From assembly GCF_964355755.1 (NCBI RefSeq), contig NC_092676.1, positions 9,959,888-10,023,887 on the forward strand: 64,000 nucleotides of DNA, read 5' to 3'. Origin of the DNA: Antedon mediterranea (taxonomy: Eukaryota > Animalia > Echinodermata). A program made the translations under genes and the position numbers. Numbering within the stretch: position 1 is the first letter of the stretch; every line of letters starts with the position of its first letter. The notes under the pieces were generated by a model. It did not search any database, was not told the origin of the DNA, and was given only the letters and a program-made list of their open reading frames with translations. Of this stretch, positions 1 to 10,028 are shown piece after piece.

Positions 1-15
1 AAGCATATTCGTGTG

Positions 16-86
16 GCGTCGGTGGTTCAGTGGTAGAATTCTCGCCTGCCACGCGCCGGATACGGGTTCAATTCTCGGCCGATGCA
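16..86 (+). tRNA. tRNA-Gly(GCC) variant A; anticodon and T-stem mismatches, terminator deleted
   Basis: GCGCCGGATACGGG replaces GCGGGGGACCCGGG; no T-run follows. Confidence 0.6.
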
Positions 87-145
87 ATGGAATAATATCA
101 AAGCTGACTTATAAATTACCGGTGATTATGAACTATACACGTGCA

Positions 146-216
146 GCATCAGTGGTTCTGTTTTAGAAATCTCGCCTGCCACACGTAGAATCCGGGTAAA
201 ATTTCCAGCCGATGCA
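146..216 (+). pseudogene. tRNA-Gly(GCC) pseudogene variant B (also at 551-621, 2813-2883, 4089-4159)
   Basis: A-box GG changed to TT (TTCTGTTTTAG) and B-box GTTC changed to GTAA. Confidence 0.8.
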
Positions 217-282
217 TTTTTATAATGGAACAATATCGACGCTCTCCTATAATGACCGGTGATTATAAAACATATACGTGTA

Positions 283-353
283 GCATCGGTGGTTCAGTGG
301 TAGAATTCTCGCCTGCCACGCGGGGGACCCGGGTTCAATTCCCGGCCGATGCA
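283..353 (+). tRNA. tRNA-Gly(GCC), intact
   Basis: 71 nt; acceptor stem GCATCGG/CCGATGC, anticodon loop CTGCCAC, T-arm CCGGG-TTCAATT-CCCGG, TTTTT Pol III terminator. Confidence 0.96.
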
Positions 354-420
354 TTTTTATAATGGAATAATATCAAAGCTGACCTAGGACTGACCAGTGA
401 TTATGAAGCATATTCGTGTG

Positions 421-491
421 GCATCGGTGGTTCAGTGGTAGAATTCTCACCTGCCACGCGCCGGATACGGGTTCAATTCTCGGCCGATGCA
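421..491 (+). tRNA. tRNA-Gly(GCC) variant A (probable pseudogene)
   Basis: Same diagnostic changes as 16-86, plus CTCAC in the anticodon stem. Confidence 0.55.
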
Positions 492-687
492 ATGGAATAA
501 TATCAAAGCTGACTTATAAATTACCGGTGATTATGAACTATACACGTGCAGCATCAGTGGTTCTGTTTTAGAAATCTCGCCTGCCACACGTAGAATCCGG
601 GTAAAATTTCCAGCCGATGCATTTTTATAATGGAACAATATCGACGCTCTCCTATAATGACCGGTGATTATAAAACATATACGTGTA

Positions 688-758
688 GCATCGGTGGTTC
701 AGTGGTAGAATTCTCGCCTGCCACGCGGGGGACCCGGGTTCAATTCCCGGCCGATGCA
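688..758 (+). tRNA. tRNA-Gly(GCC), intact
   Basis: Identical to the copy at 283-353, with T5 terminator. Confidence 0.96.
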
Positions 759-825
759 TTTTTATAATGGAATAATATCAAAGCTGACCTAGGACTGACC
801 AGTGATTATGAAGCATATTCGTGTA

Positions 826-896
826 GCATCGGTGGTTCAGTGGTAGAATTCTCGCCTGCCACGCGGGGGACCCGGGTTCAATTCCCGGCCGATGCA
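826..896 (+). tRNA. tRNA-Gly(GCC), intact
   Basis: Identical to the copy at 283-353, with T5 terminator. Confidence 0.96.
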
Positions 897-963
897 TTTT
901 TAGAATGGAATAATATCAAAGGTGACCCAGGACTGACCAATGATTATGAAGCATGTTCGTGAA

Positions 964-1034
964 GCATCAGTCGTTCAGTGGTAGAATTCTCGCCTGCCAC
1001 GCGGGGGACCCGGGTTCAATTCCCGGCCGATGCA
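964..1034 (+). tRNA. tRNA-Gly(GCC) variant (acceptor stem / position 9 changes)
   Basis: 5' end reads GCATCAGTCGTT; the rest is consensus. Confidence 0.7.
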
Positions 1035-1101
1035 TTTTTATAATGGAATAATATCAAATGTGACCTAGTACTGACCAGTGATTATGAAGCATATTCGTGT
1101 A

Positions 1102-1172
1102 GCATCGGTGGTTCAGTGGTAGAATTCTCGCCTGCCACGCGGGTGACCTTGGTTCAATTCTCGGCCGATGCA
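1102..1172 (+). tRNA. tRNA-Gly(GCC) variant (T-stem mismatches)
   Basis: T-arm reads CTTGGTTCAATTCTCGG. Confidence 0.6.
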
Positions 1173-1278
1173 TTTTTATAATGGAATAATATAAAAGGTG
1201 ACCTATGAATTACCAGTGATTATGAAGCATATTCGTTTAGCATCGGTTGTTCAGTGACCTAGGACTGACCAGTGATTA

Positions 1279-2516
1279 GACCTAAAAAAAAATAGTTTGT
1301 TTGCTGTCATCCGCCGCCCCTAATTTCGCCAAAAATTTGGGGCGGAGATAAGAAAAAAATTTGTTTACGTTGAGGGCGCTTTTAAAAAAAAAGTTTTTTT
1401 ATGATTTTTTTTGGCCGAAAAGGTTTAAAAATCGAGTGTGTGAGGATGAAACAATAAAAATAATAACGTAGCGTATATTTCGGTGTATAATCGCACTTTT
1501 GACACGCAAATTTAACCTTATACACCGAACATAAATGCCTCAACACACAGATATCGCCACCTCGTTGGCTAGGCCTGGGCTTTTTAAGGTAAGGCCTACT
1601 AGGCCTAGCCTAGGCCTATAAGTATTACTAAAGAGTAGGCCTAGCCTAGCTACAGTGTACTAGCGTAACAGCAACCTGCTAGTTTTCTAGGCATTTTAGC
1701 GTGATTTTGTACTAAATATGATGACAAGATTTGTTCATTATATGGAGCTGTTTTAGGCGCTCCGATAAAATTTCATTTGTAAACGTTTACGATTGGAATA
1801 GTATTATAGTTATATGCACGACCGTCGTACCCCCAGCCCTTCTTGGCAACCACATGGTGTACAGTATTCGACTAGTATATTCTCCAGTTGATTATAGCAT
1901 AGACCTAGCGTACACACTTCTAGGATACATAGATACTAATCGAATACGATTGTCCGTGAAAACGTGCGCCTCTCGATAAATCGAGCGAGGCTAGCCCACA
2001 CACACGTGCGGTCATGCACTCGATGTTGCGGGTGCGAAACTCATGAATAACAAGTTAGAAAGAACTGACAGAATGGGGGACTTCCCTTCATGTTGAGGCT
2101 GGGCGCGGCCGTCTTATACATCGACGATATACAAAATACCGATATTTTACTCTCAGTTAGGGGTGCGTCTTATACACAGGTGCGACTTATACACCGAAAT
2201 ATACGGTACACTAACTTCTAAAATATTTAATTAGGCCTGCTAACAACGACCTTCTGTGTAGTAGGCCTAGCCTAGGCTAGTTTAGACACGGGGCCTAACG
2301 CGCCCAAAACAGAATTAAAGTGTGAAACAAATTATGAATAGATGTTTGAGCTCGTTGTTTTATTCAGTGTGTTTTGTTACTCTCAAATTCACGTACAATT
2401 AACAGAGAAATTAACATTAAAAAAAAAAAAAAAAAAAACTTTTTTCCACCCGCCCCCCCCCCCCCCTACCAAAACAAAAACTTGACAGAAAACAAATTTT
2501 TTTTTTTTTTTAGGCC
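1279..2516. mobile_element. PIF/Harbinger-like MITE inserted in a tRNA spacer
   Basis: TIRs GACCTAAAAAAAAAATAGTTTGTTTGCTGTCA / TGACAGAAAACAAATTT...TAGGCC. TTA duplicated (1276-1278, 2517-2519) within the spacer motif AGTGATTATGAAGC. Confidence 0.8.
1471..2206. mobile_element. Tc1/mariner (Tc2-like) MITE nested in the Harbinger-like MITE
   Basis: TIR (G/C)CGTATATTTCGGTGTATAA(G)TCGCAC, flanked by TA on both sides. Confidence 0.8.
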
Positions 2517-2536
2517 TTATGAAGCATATTCGTGTA

Positions 2537-2607
2537 GCATCGGTGGTTCAGTGATAGAATTCTCGCCTGCCACGCGGGGGACTCGGGTTCAATTCACGGA
2601 TGGTGCA
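2537..2607 (+). pseudogene. tRNA-Gly(GCC) degenerate copy
   Basis: D-loop GG changed to GA; T-stem and acceptor mismatches. Confidence 0.65.
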
Positions 2608-2674
2608 TTTTTATAATGGAATAATATCAAAGGTGACCTAGGACTGACCAGTGATTATGAAACATATTCGTGTA

Positions 2675-2745
2675 GCATCGGTGGTTCAGTGGTAGAATTT
2701 TCGCCTGCCATGCGGGGCACCCGGGTTAAATTCCCGGCCGATGCA
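2675..2745 (+). tRNA. tRNA-Gly(GCC) variant (B-box TTC changed to TTA)
   Basis: Cloverleaf mostly intact. Confidence 0.6.
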
Positions 2746-2903
2746 TTTTTAGAATGGAATAATATCAAAGCTGACCTATAAATGACCGGTGATTATGAAC
2801 TATACACGTGTAGCATCGGTGGTTCTGTTTTAGAAATCTCGCCTGCCACACGTGGAATCCGGGTAAAATTTCCAGCCGATGCATTTTTATAATGGAACAA
2901 TAT

Positions 2904-3533
2904 GTGGCACATGCAAGCGAAATCGGACATAAGTTGCATTTGTAGATTTGGAGAAACAACCAAAAACATTAAAAGGCTGAAAAATTACATTTTTTAATTT
3001 TTACAGAAAATAATAGCTGAAACAATATTTATTTACATTACCTTGGTGTTTTTCTATTTTGAGACAAATAAATAGATACATTTTAAGATTTCGTGTAGTA
3101 TGTTGGTTAAAAAGATAGTGTAAATTATGAATGATTTTCATAAAACCTATCATGTTTTATGCTTAAATTGAAAGTGTTCCATTGAGTTAATTTCAATGAA
3201 AATTTTGCATAATAATAGAACAATAGTTAATTAAGGAAGGTGCGAAGTTTCATTGAAATAAAACAATTAGAATACCCTTTTGCTAAGGCTTAAACTTAGA
3301 CGTCCTGTTTATTTTTTTGTAGTTGTCGTTTCCTGTTACTTAACTTTAAAAGCATTTTTCTCAAAACACTGATTGTAACAACCAAAACTTTAGACTAAGA
3401 TATCTTTGGAAGTAGACATGGTATCAAGATATTTTTTCAGCATTTTAAATCTTGGATTATGTAGTTTCAGTATTTGTAGAAATCTCAATTTTGAAAATTT
3501 CGACTTATGTCTGGTTTCGCTTGCATGTGCCAC
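2904..3533. mobile_element. Non-autonomous DNA transposon (MITE) in a tRNA spacer; superfamily uncertain
   Basis: TIR GTGGCACATGCAAGCGAAA..GACATAAGT. The spacer AACAATATCGAAG is duplicated at ATAT (or at TA). Confidence 0.85.
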
Positions 3534-3583
3534 ATATCGAAGCTCACCTATAATGACCGGTGATTGCAAAACATATACGTGTA

Positions 3584-3654
3584 GCATCGGTGGTTCAGTG
3601 ATAGAATTCTCGCCTGCCACGCGGGGGACCCTTTTCAAATTCCCGGCCGATGCA
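3584..3654 (+). pseudogene. tRNA-Gly(GCC) degenerate copy
   Basis: T-arm disrupted (CCTTTTCAAATTCCCGG). Confidence 0.65.
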
Positions 3655-3948
3655 TTTTTAGAATTGAATAATATTAAAGCTGCCCTATAAATGACCGGTG
3701 ATTATGAACTATACACGTGTAGCACGTGTGGTTCCGTTTTAGAATTCTCGCCTGCCATACGTATCCGGGTAAAATTCCCGGCCGATGCATTTTTATAATG
3801 GAACAATATCAAAGCTAACCACACGTGTAGCGTCGGTGGTTCTGCCACACGTGGATCCGTGTAAAATTCCCGGACGATGCATTTTTAGAATGGAACAATA
3901 TTAAAGCTGACCTAGGACTGACCAGTGAGTATAAATCATATACAGCTA

Positions 3949-4019
3949 GCTTCGGTGGTTCAGTGGTAGAATTCTCGCCTGCCACGCAGAGGACCCGGGT
4001 TTAACTCCCGGCCGATGCA
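3949..4019 (+). tRNA. tRNA-Gly(GCC) variant/pseudogene
   Basis: Several substitutions, including T-loop TTTAACT. Confidence 0.55.
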
Positions 4020-4225
4020 GTTTTTTGTAATGGAATTATATCAAAGCTAACCTATAAATGACCGGTGATAATAAAGCATATACATGTAGCATCGGTTGTT
4101 CTGTTTTAGAAATCTCGCCTGCCACACTTGGAATCCGGGTAAAATTTCCAGCCGATGCATTTTTATAATGGAACAATATCGAAGCTCACCTATAATGACC
4201 GGTGATTGTAAAACATATACGTGTA

Positions 4226-4295
4226 GCATCGGTGGTTCAGTGGTAGAATTCTCGCCTGCCACGCGAGGACCCGGGTTCAATTCCCGGCCGATGCA
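4226..4295 (+). tRNA. tRNA-Gly(GCC), near-intact (70 nt, variable loop 1 nt shorter)
   Basis: All stems pair (anticodon stem CTCGC/GCGAG); T6 terminator. Confidence 0.8.
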
Positions 4296-6289
4296 TTTTT
4301 ATAATGGAATAATATCAAAGGTGACCTATAAATGACCGGTGAAGAGTTTCTCAATGTAAACTCCTGGATGTGAAAATGTATGAAACTCTATCATGGAATA
4401 TGCACATATAGTCCTGTGAATGTAGCAAAAATAATGAGTATGCCTAGAAAAAATTAGAACAGAATTTATTTTTGTGGTAAATATCTCTAAAGACCTATTA
4501 GAACAACATATTCAAAATGGAGAAAAAATGTAGTTGAAAAAATTAGGTTAATGTCCATAAAACTAAAATGGCCGCTATATACAGTATTTTTCTATATATC
4601 AGGTATAGTCTAAGCAATCTAGAATTTAAAGTTAAACAAATTGCAAACAAAACCTTTTAATTTTTAAATTGAACACACATGATGTTGAGAACATATGCAA
4701 ATTAGCTGAAATATGCAAATTAAGGGTAAAAATATAGGGTACCCATATAACGCCAATTACCGCTAGTTGTTTTTTTCTAAATTGTTCTTTCTTATAAGAC
4801 TATTTGTCAAAAAATTACCGGAAATGCTGTATTTGACCCATGACCTTATTTTTTAAAGGATTATAGGTAATTTTCACACGATTTACGTATCTCCATAACT
4901 AATGTATGTAGAAACTTCATTTTATTCTATATACTTTCACAAATGATGAGGGGATGGAATTCCACACATCATACCTCGATCACACCTTTGGAACATGCAA
5001 ATTAGCTGAAATATGCAAATTAATGGTTAAAATATCAGGTATAGGCCTACCCATAGAACGCCAACCACTAGTTGTAGATAGTTATTTTTTTTCTCCAAAT
5101 TGTTCTTATGGAACATTTTGTCTAACAACAAGTGCCGTATTTCAAAGAATTAAGGTAACATTCACCATAGTCAATAATTCTATTGACTATGCTTTAACGC
5201 ATGATTTACGTATCACCATAACTACTCTAGGTACAGAAATTATTTTAGTCTCTATACTTTCACATATGTAGAAGAGATGGAATTCCAGAAATCACACTTT
5301 GGAAACATATGCAACAAACACACACACGCGATCGACCACACAACCTCTCGCCATTCCGGCGGAGCTAGTTAGCTGAAATATGCAAATCAACTGAAATATG
5401 AAAATTAAGGGTAACATATAGGGCACCTGGTTAGCATCTCATTTACAGGACTACCTGGATTCTTCATTATAGTTCGGCTGTTAATATCCAAGACTCGTAT
5501 ATATACAGGAGGATTGAGATGGCCAGTGTGCGGAGTAACTGATGTAGGAAACCATTCCTGAACCACTACATGTTGCTGCTGACTTTGGCATAACTGCTTG
5601 ATGGTGTGGATCCGCTTCTGTCTCTTGTTATATTTGTACATTGTTGCCCATAGTGCCTCATGCCAAACCCTGTCGAAGGTTTTCTTTCATCTACGAAATA
5701 CCTACTACTGCAGTCAGCAAGTGCAATAGGTAAAAATAGTAAACTTAGTTGGAAGTATGCCTCTGTAATCGAAGGAGCTGTTTGTTGGGCTTATACTCAT
5801 AGTGCCAACGCATCAATTCCCCCACTCCAGTGGTAGTTTGGACAACAATGTCAACACAAAGGTGTCAACTTGAATCCGAATGAATTGGGATATGTTCACG
5901 CTAAGGATCATCTTGAACTCATCCCGTTTTTTGCTATGCCTAACTAGTTCATACATAAAGCTGGTCTGATTATAAGGTTTCACTGAAATGCAAATTGTTT
6001 TAATAAATCAGGTTTAAGAACTATACATCTCCCTTTGAGAAAAATGGCAGCCATTTTGAACTATATTTATGATCTTGAATTTTTGAAAGTTGAAGTTTTT
6101 AATTTATCTCCAATTATAGTTTCTTGCAAAATAAATGTTTTAATGACTGTGGTTTTTAGTTATAATTTATGCAATTTTGCAATTTTTCTTAACCTCGCTT
6201 TTTTCTCCATTTTTATATGTTGTTTAGATTGGTCTAATTTTGTCTAGGTCAAACCGTAGTTTTACCGGACTAATAGAATATGTTTGATC

Positions 6290-6560
6290 TAAAGTTCTTC
6301 CAGGGTGTTTTTTTTATCTAAAGATGCTCATCGAATTCTGTACAAATCTATTGTTGCACCTCACTTTGACTATTGTAATGCTGTGTGGTGTAGATGTAAC
6401 ACAACTCCTCCAAGCAACAAATTGTCAGCAGAGCAGCTAAAATTATAACAAAAAATAACAAAATACTGATTCCCAGTTCACAATCACTCGAGGAACCTAA
6501 ATATCCTAGCCTTGAGAAAAAGTTCTTCAATGTTAACATTTTGTTATGATATTTAGGTGT
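6290..6560 (+). mobile_element. Degenerate L2/CR1-type LINE fragment
   Basis: Encodes LYKSIVAPHFDYCNAVW, a typical post-RT motif. Confidence 0.6.
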
Positions 6561-6597
6561 ATGCCTAATTAATTTAAATCATCATCAAGTTATATAT

Positions 6598-7442
6598 ATT
6601 TTTTATTTTTATTTACTCAGTTGACAACCAACAGCGATGAAACCACTAACAGGTTGAATCTAAACATAATAAACTATAATAATAATACATTCAAATAAGC
6701 AACAATAACATAAACAAAGATCGGAACATTATAGAGAGATTTAACAATTTTACCCTTAAAAACATTTAAACTATCATAAAATAAATCAATATCCAAACAA
6801 GTAACAAGCACACTATTAAATGTGTCAGGTAACCGCTAAAAAATTACCTCGTTTTGTGCATTCAACACGACCACAAGGGACGTGAAGCAAACACTTGCTG
6901 CGAGTACGAGTTGGTACATTCAACTTTAAACAAAGCAACAAGTGGACAATCATAAACAGAATTGAAAGAGCTGTATAAAATACCATATTAAAAATAACTG
7001 TACGATTTTCAAGAGAAATAAGAGAAACATTATAATTAGGACAAGTGCGAGTAAGGAATCTAATAAATTTGTTCTGAACATTAGAAATACGCTGAGATTG
7101 TGTACAAGAAATTGAATAAAAAATGACTCAACAGTATTCTAGGTGGGGGCGCACGACTGAACGTACGAATGATGTTAATGATCCACAATTGCCCATGAAT
7201 CTACAGTTCCTTCACAACAAACTCAGCATTCTATTTGCCTTAGATACAACACAATTAACATGCAAACAAAAATTTAACTTACTATCAATCAAAACTCCTA
7301 AATCCCTTTGAAAATTAACACAATCTAATTCCTGATCATTCAACTTATATTTGGTTAAAATAGGCTTTCTCTTCAGGGTGATACACAACGATTTACATTT
7401 TCTTATTTTTAAAGAAAGTTTCCATGTCTCAACCCATCCCAC
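6598..7442 (-). mobile_element. 5'-truncated CR1/L2-group LINE remnant with 3' tail
   Basis: ORF 7212-7442 contains KCK...QRDLGVLIDSKLNF..HVNCVVSKANRML; the 3' end reads AACCTGTTAGTGG..ATCGCTGTTGGTT plus an A-rich tail. Confidence 0.85.
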
Positions 7443-7971
7443 ATAGCTAAGTCAATTTTTCACAGAATATTCCTTATGGCCAGGAATCGATGTGGTTATG
7501 TTTTCACGGTGCGCAATAAAAAATTACGCGGTCTACGCACGATTTAACGAAATCACGTTTGTAATCATATCTTAACAACCATGAATCACAATTAAATAAA
7601 ATTTGGTACTCATAAATTTCAGGGCATAAATCATCATATGGCAATACAATTACGTGCGTAACGCATGTAACGCATGCGTACGCGCGCTTAAAATTTTCAA
7701 AATTTATTTTCGATGAAATAAGAGTACGTTTCAGGCAATTTTAAGCGTTTACAAAATTGCCATGAGTGCGCAGATTTTTGCGCGCGCACTGCGCGTTAAA
7801 TGTTATTGCGCACACTTTTTGCCCGATTTCTGTTTTCTTGACTTAATTTTCAACTCGAAATTACGTTATACGAGCACGTCAAATGTGACAGGCTACGCAC
7901 GTGTAAATTAAAAAAATATAAATGTTTTTAAACATTTCAACATTTTTAAACATGTTCAGTAATTTCGGTCA

Positions 7972-8097
7972 GTATAGTTCACTATGTCGGTCGGTCCGTC
8001 TGTCTGTTGGTCTGTCTGTCTGTCGGTCTGTTTGTCTGTCGGTCCGGTATCACTATATGCATTGTAGCACGCGACTTAATGGCTGTTGGCCTTGTTA
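7972..8097 (+). mobile_element. Helentron-associated (HINE/DINE-like) short element, partial
   Basis: CTATGTCGGTCGG, (GTCT)n, GCACGCGACT, GGCCTTGTT end; same family as 48949-49063. Confidence 0.65.
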
Positions 8098-8259
8098 TTT
8101 CCAAATATCCTTATTGGAATGCGCGTCTAAGGTGGACATTGGACCAAATATTGTATATCACCGCTATACAATCTTTGATTGGACCCCACACCTGGCCTAC
8201 CATAAATACGTATTATGAAAATGCGTTTCCTTAATCATGAATCATTATGAGGTTTACGC

Positions 8260-9810
8260 CAAACAGAGCTCCATATATATAAAGAGTTATGACTTTGAAT
8301 GGTTTAGAAGCCATGTTTGTGTCCAACTATTCCTATGTAGCGTATGGAGTTGAGTCTTTTGTTTTGAAAATGTATAACGTTCAAAAGGCTTTAAACTATC
8401 GAATTTAATATCAAAACAATCAATTTGTTTAAAGGTTTTTGTTAAAATAATTTAAAAATTATAAAGTTTGCGAACATGATTTTAAACAACAAAAATAGCA
8501 ATATCGGAACGGCTCTGGCTGTGCGCTCCATGCACGCTCTACGCGTGCGCGTTTAGTTTGTAAAGCGATTCTCTATAGTAGTGCATTGTTTTTACATTTT
8601 GTTATTTAAAATCATGTTCACAGTAACTTTATGATTTTCTTATTATCTTAACAAAAACCTTTAAACAAATTGCTTGTTTTGATATTAAATTCGATATTTA
8701 AAGCCTTGTGAATGTTATACATTTTTTAAGCAAATTACTCGACTCCACTCTACATAAGCATAGTTGGACACAAAGATGGCCGGTGTGCACCCCACGTGAC
8801 TATCTAAAATCCTGAACGCATGGCTATGCCGTAACTCTGCCGTAAATATATATGGCTCTGACGCCAAAAATACTATAGCGCCACGAAGTGGCGATATAGT
8901 ACGTATACGTGGCGCTATATACCAAAGATTGTATAGCGCCGCTATGCGGCGCAAGATAGGTAGCTGTTGCCAAGGTCCTATATTATAACACTACGCGCCC
9001 AGTAAATCCATGGACGCAATTCGGGCGGACAGGTTATTATTGTGATTTAAATGTAAATGGTTTAAATTTTGCGGTCCGCCTCGAAGTATCTGTGGTTAAC
9101 CATCTTGATGATTGATTCAGTGAAAAGGGAAGAAATTATGTAAACAAAGTAAAATAAAAGTTTCTTTGGGATCTGGACACTTTCCGATTAATTCTGTGTG
9201 TTTACATTGATATGTTTGGTTAGACAACTTCGTTCTTTAACCGAAACATCGTGGATATTGCCTTGACAACGACTTTATTCCGGTTCAAATTTGTCCGCCG
9301 GAATGGCGTCCAAAGATTACAAAGGTCTCACCCAGTTACCTATCTTGCGCCGCGTAGCGGCGCTATACAATCTTTGCTATAATATCAAAGAACTTATAAC
9401 ACAAGAATCTCCTGTTCTTCAATTTGCATTCAAAACACAGTATCGGAAGTACAGGGTTAAAAGGTCAAACTGGGCGACGCCATTTCACAGCATGGAGCAG
9501 CGCCCCCTCCAAACTAGGAAGTCAATTACTCTACCCCGCTAGAGTATTAGCAGATCCCCTCTATGATTTTGACTTTCTAATTTGATGCGGGCGCCCTACT
9601 CCTCAGTCAATTACTCTATCCCCCTAGAGCATTAGCAGATCCCCTCTATGATTTTGACTTTCTAATTTGATGCGGGCGCCCTACTCCATGGCTCACAATG
9701 GCGCCACCCATAGCTCTATTCTATCCCACAATGCCTTTCGAAATTGTTACGCGCTTCGGACGAACAGGAGATTCTTGTGTTATAAGTTCTTTGATAATAT
9801 ACGATCTTTG
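8260..9810. mobile_element. Nested cluster of CA...TG-ended, P-like MITEs
   Basis: Outer element has TSD GTTTACGC (8252-8259, 9811-9818). Inner elements: 8264-8860 (TSD ACGCCAAA, long foldback arms); 8923-9376 (TIR CAAAGATTGTATAGCGCCGCTA); 9386-9793 (TIR CAAAGAACTTATAACACAAGAATCTCCTGTTC, TSD ATAATAT); 9491-9690 (TIR CATGGAG.AG). Confidence 0.8.
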
Positions 9811-10028
9811 GTTTACGCACATTAAGAACGCGCGCATCACCGCTCACACAAGAATTGGTGGAATAGGTTTGGAATACGCATAAGTAAGACTACACGCTTT
9901 ATCGAGAAGACTTTAAAGAATGCATTGGAGAGAATCATGGTAGTAAATGGTGGTTCACACAGTGGTTTCCACTTGTGATGCCCTTAACAATTAACATAAT
10001 GACGTAACTAATGTAAACAAGAGCAGAA

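Larger units (their letters stand above)
1..4343 (+). repeat. Tandem tRNA-Gly(GCC) gene array: ~138-bp units, about 19 copies (intact, variant, pseudogene), interrupted by two MITE insertions; continues off the window start
   Basis: Repeated GCATCGGTGGTTCAGTGGTAGAATTCTCGCCTGCCACGCGG...CCGATGCA followed by T5 and a conserved spacer. Copies start at 16,146,283,421,551,688,826,964,1102,1240(truncated),2537,2675,2813,3584,3722,~3829,3949,4089,4226. Confidence 0.97.

Noticed and set aside
2374-4335. Short ORFs over the tRNA array (e.g. CSIGGSVVEFSPATRG)
   Set aside because: Chance translations of tRNA and MITE DNA.
1-4343. CRISPR-like repeat-spacer appearance
   Set aside because: The repeats are 71-nt tRNA genes, the spacers are homologous to each other, the context is eukaryotic and there are no cas genes.
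4344-5420. Repeated ATGCAAATTAGCTGAAATATGCAAAT octamer-containing motifs as an enhancer
   Set aside because: They lie in a locally duplicated, repeat-like segment and more likely belong to a decayed transposon; no independent support.
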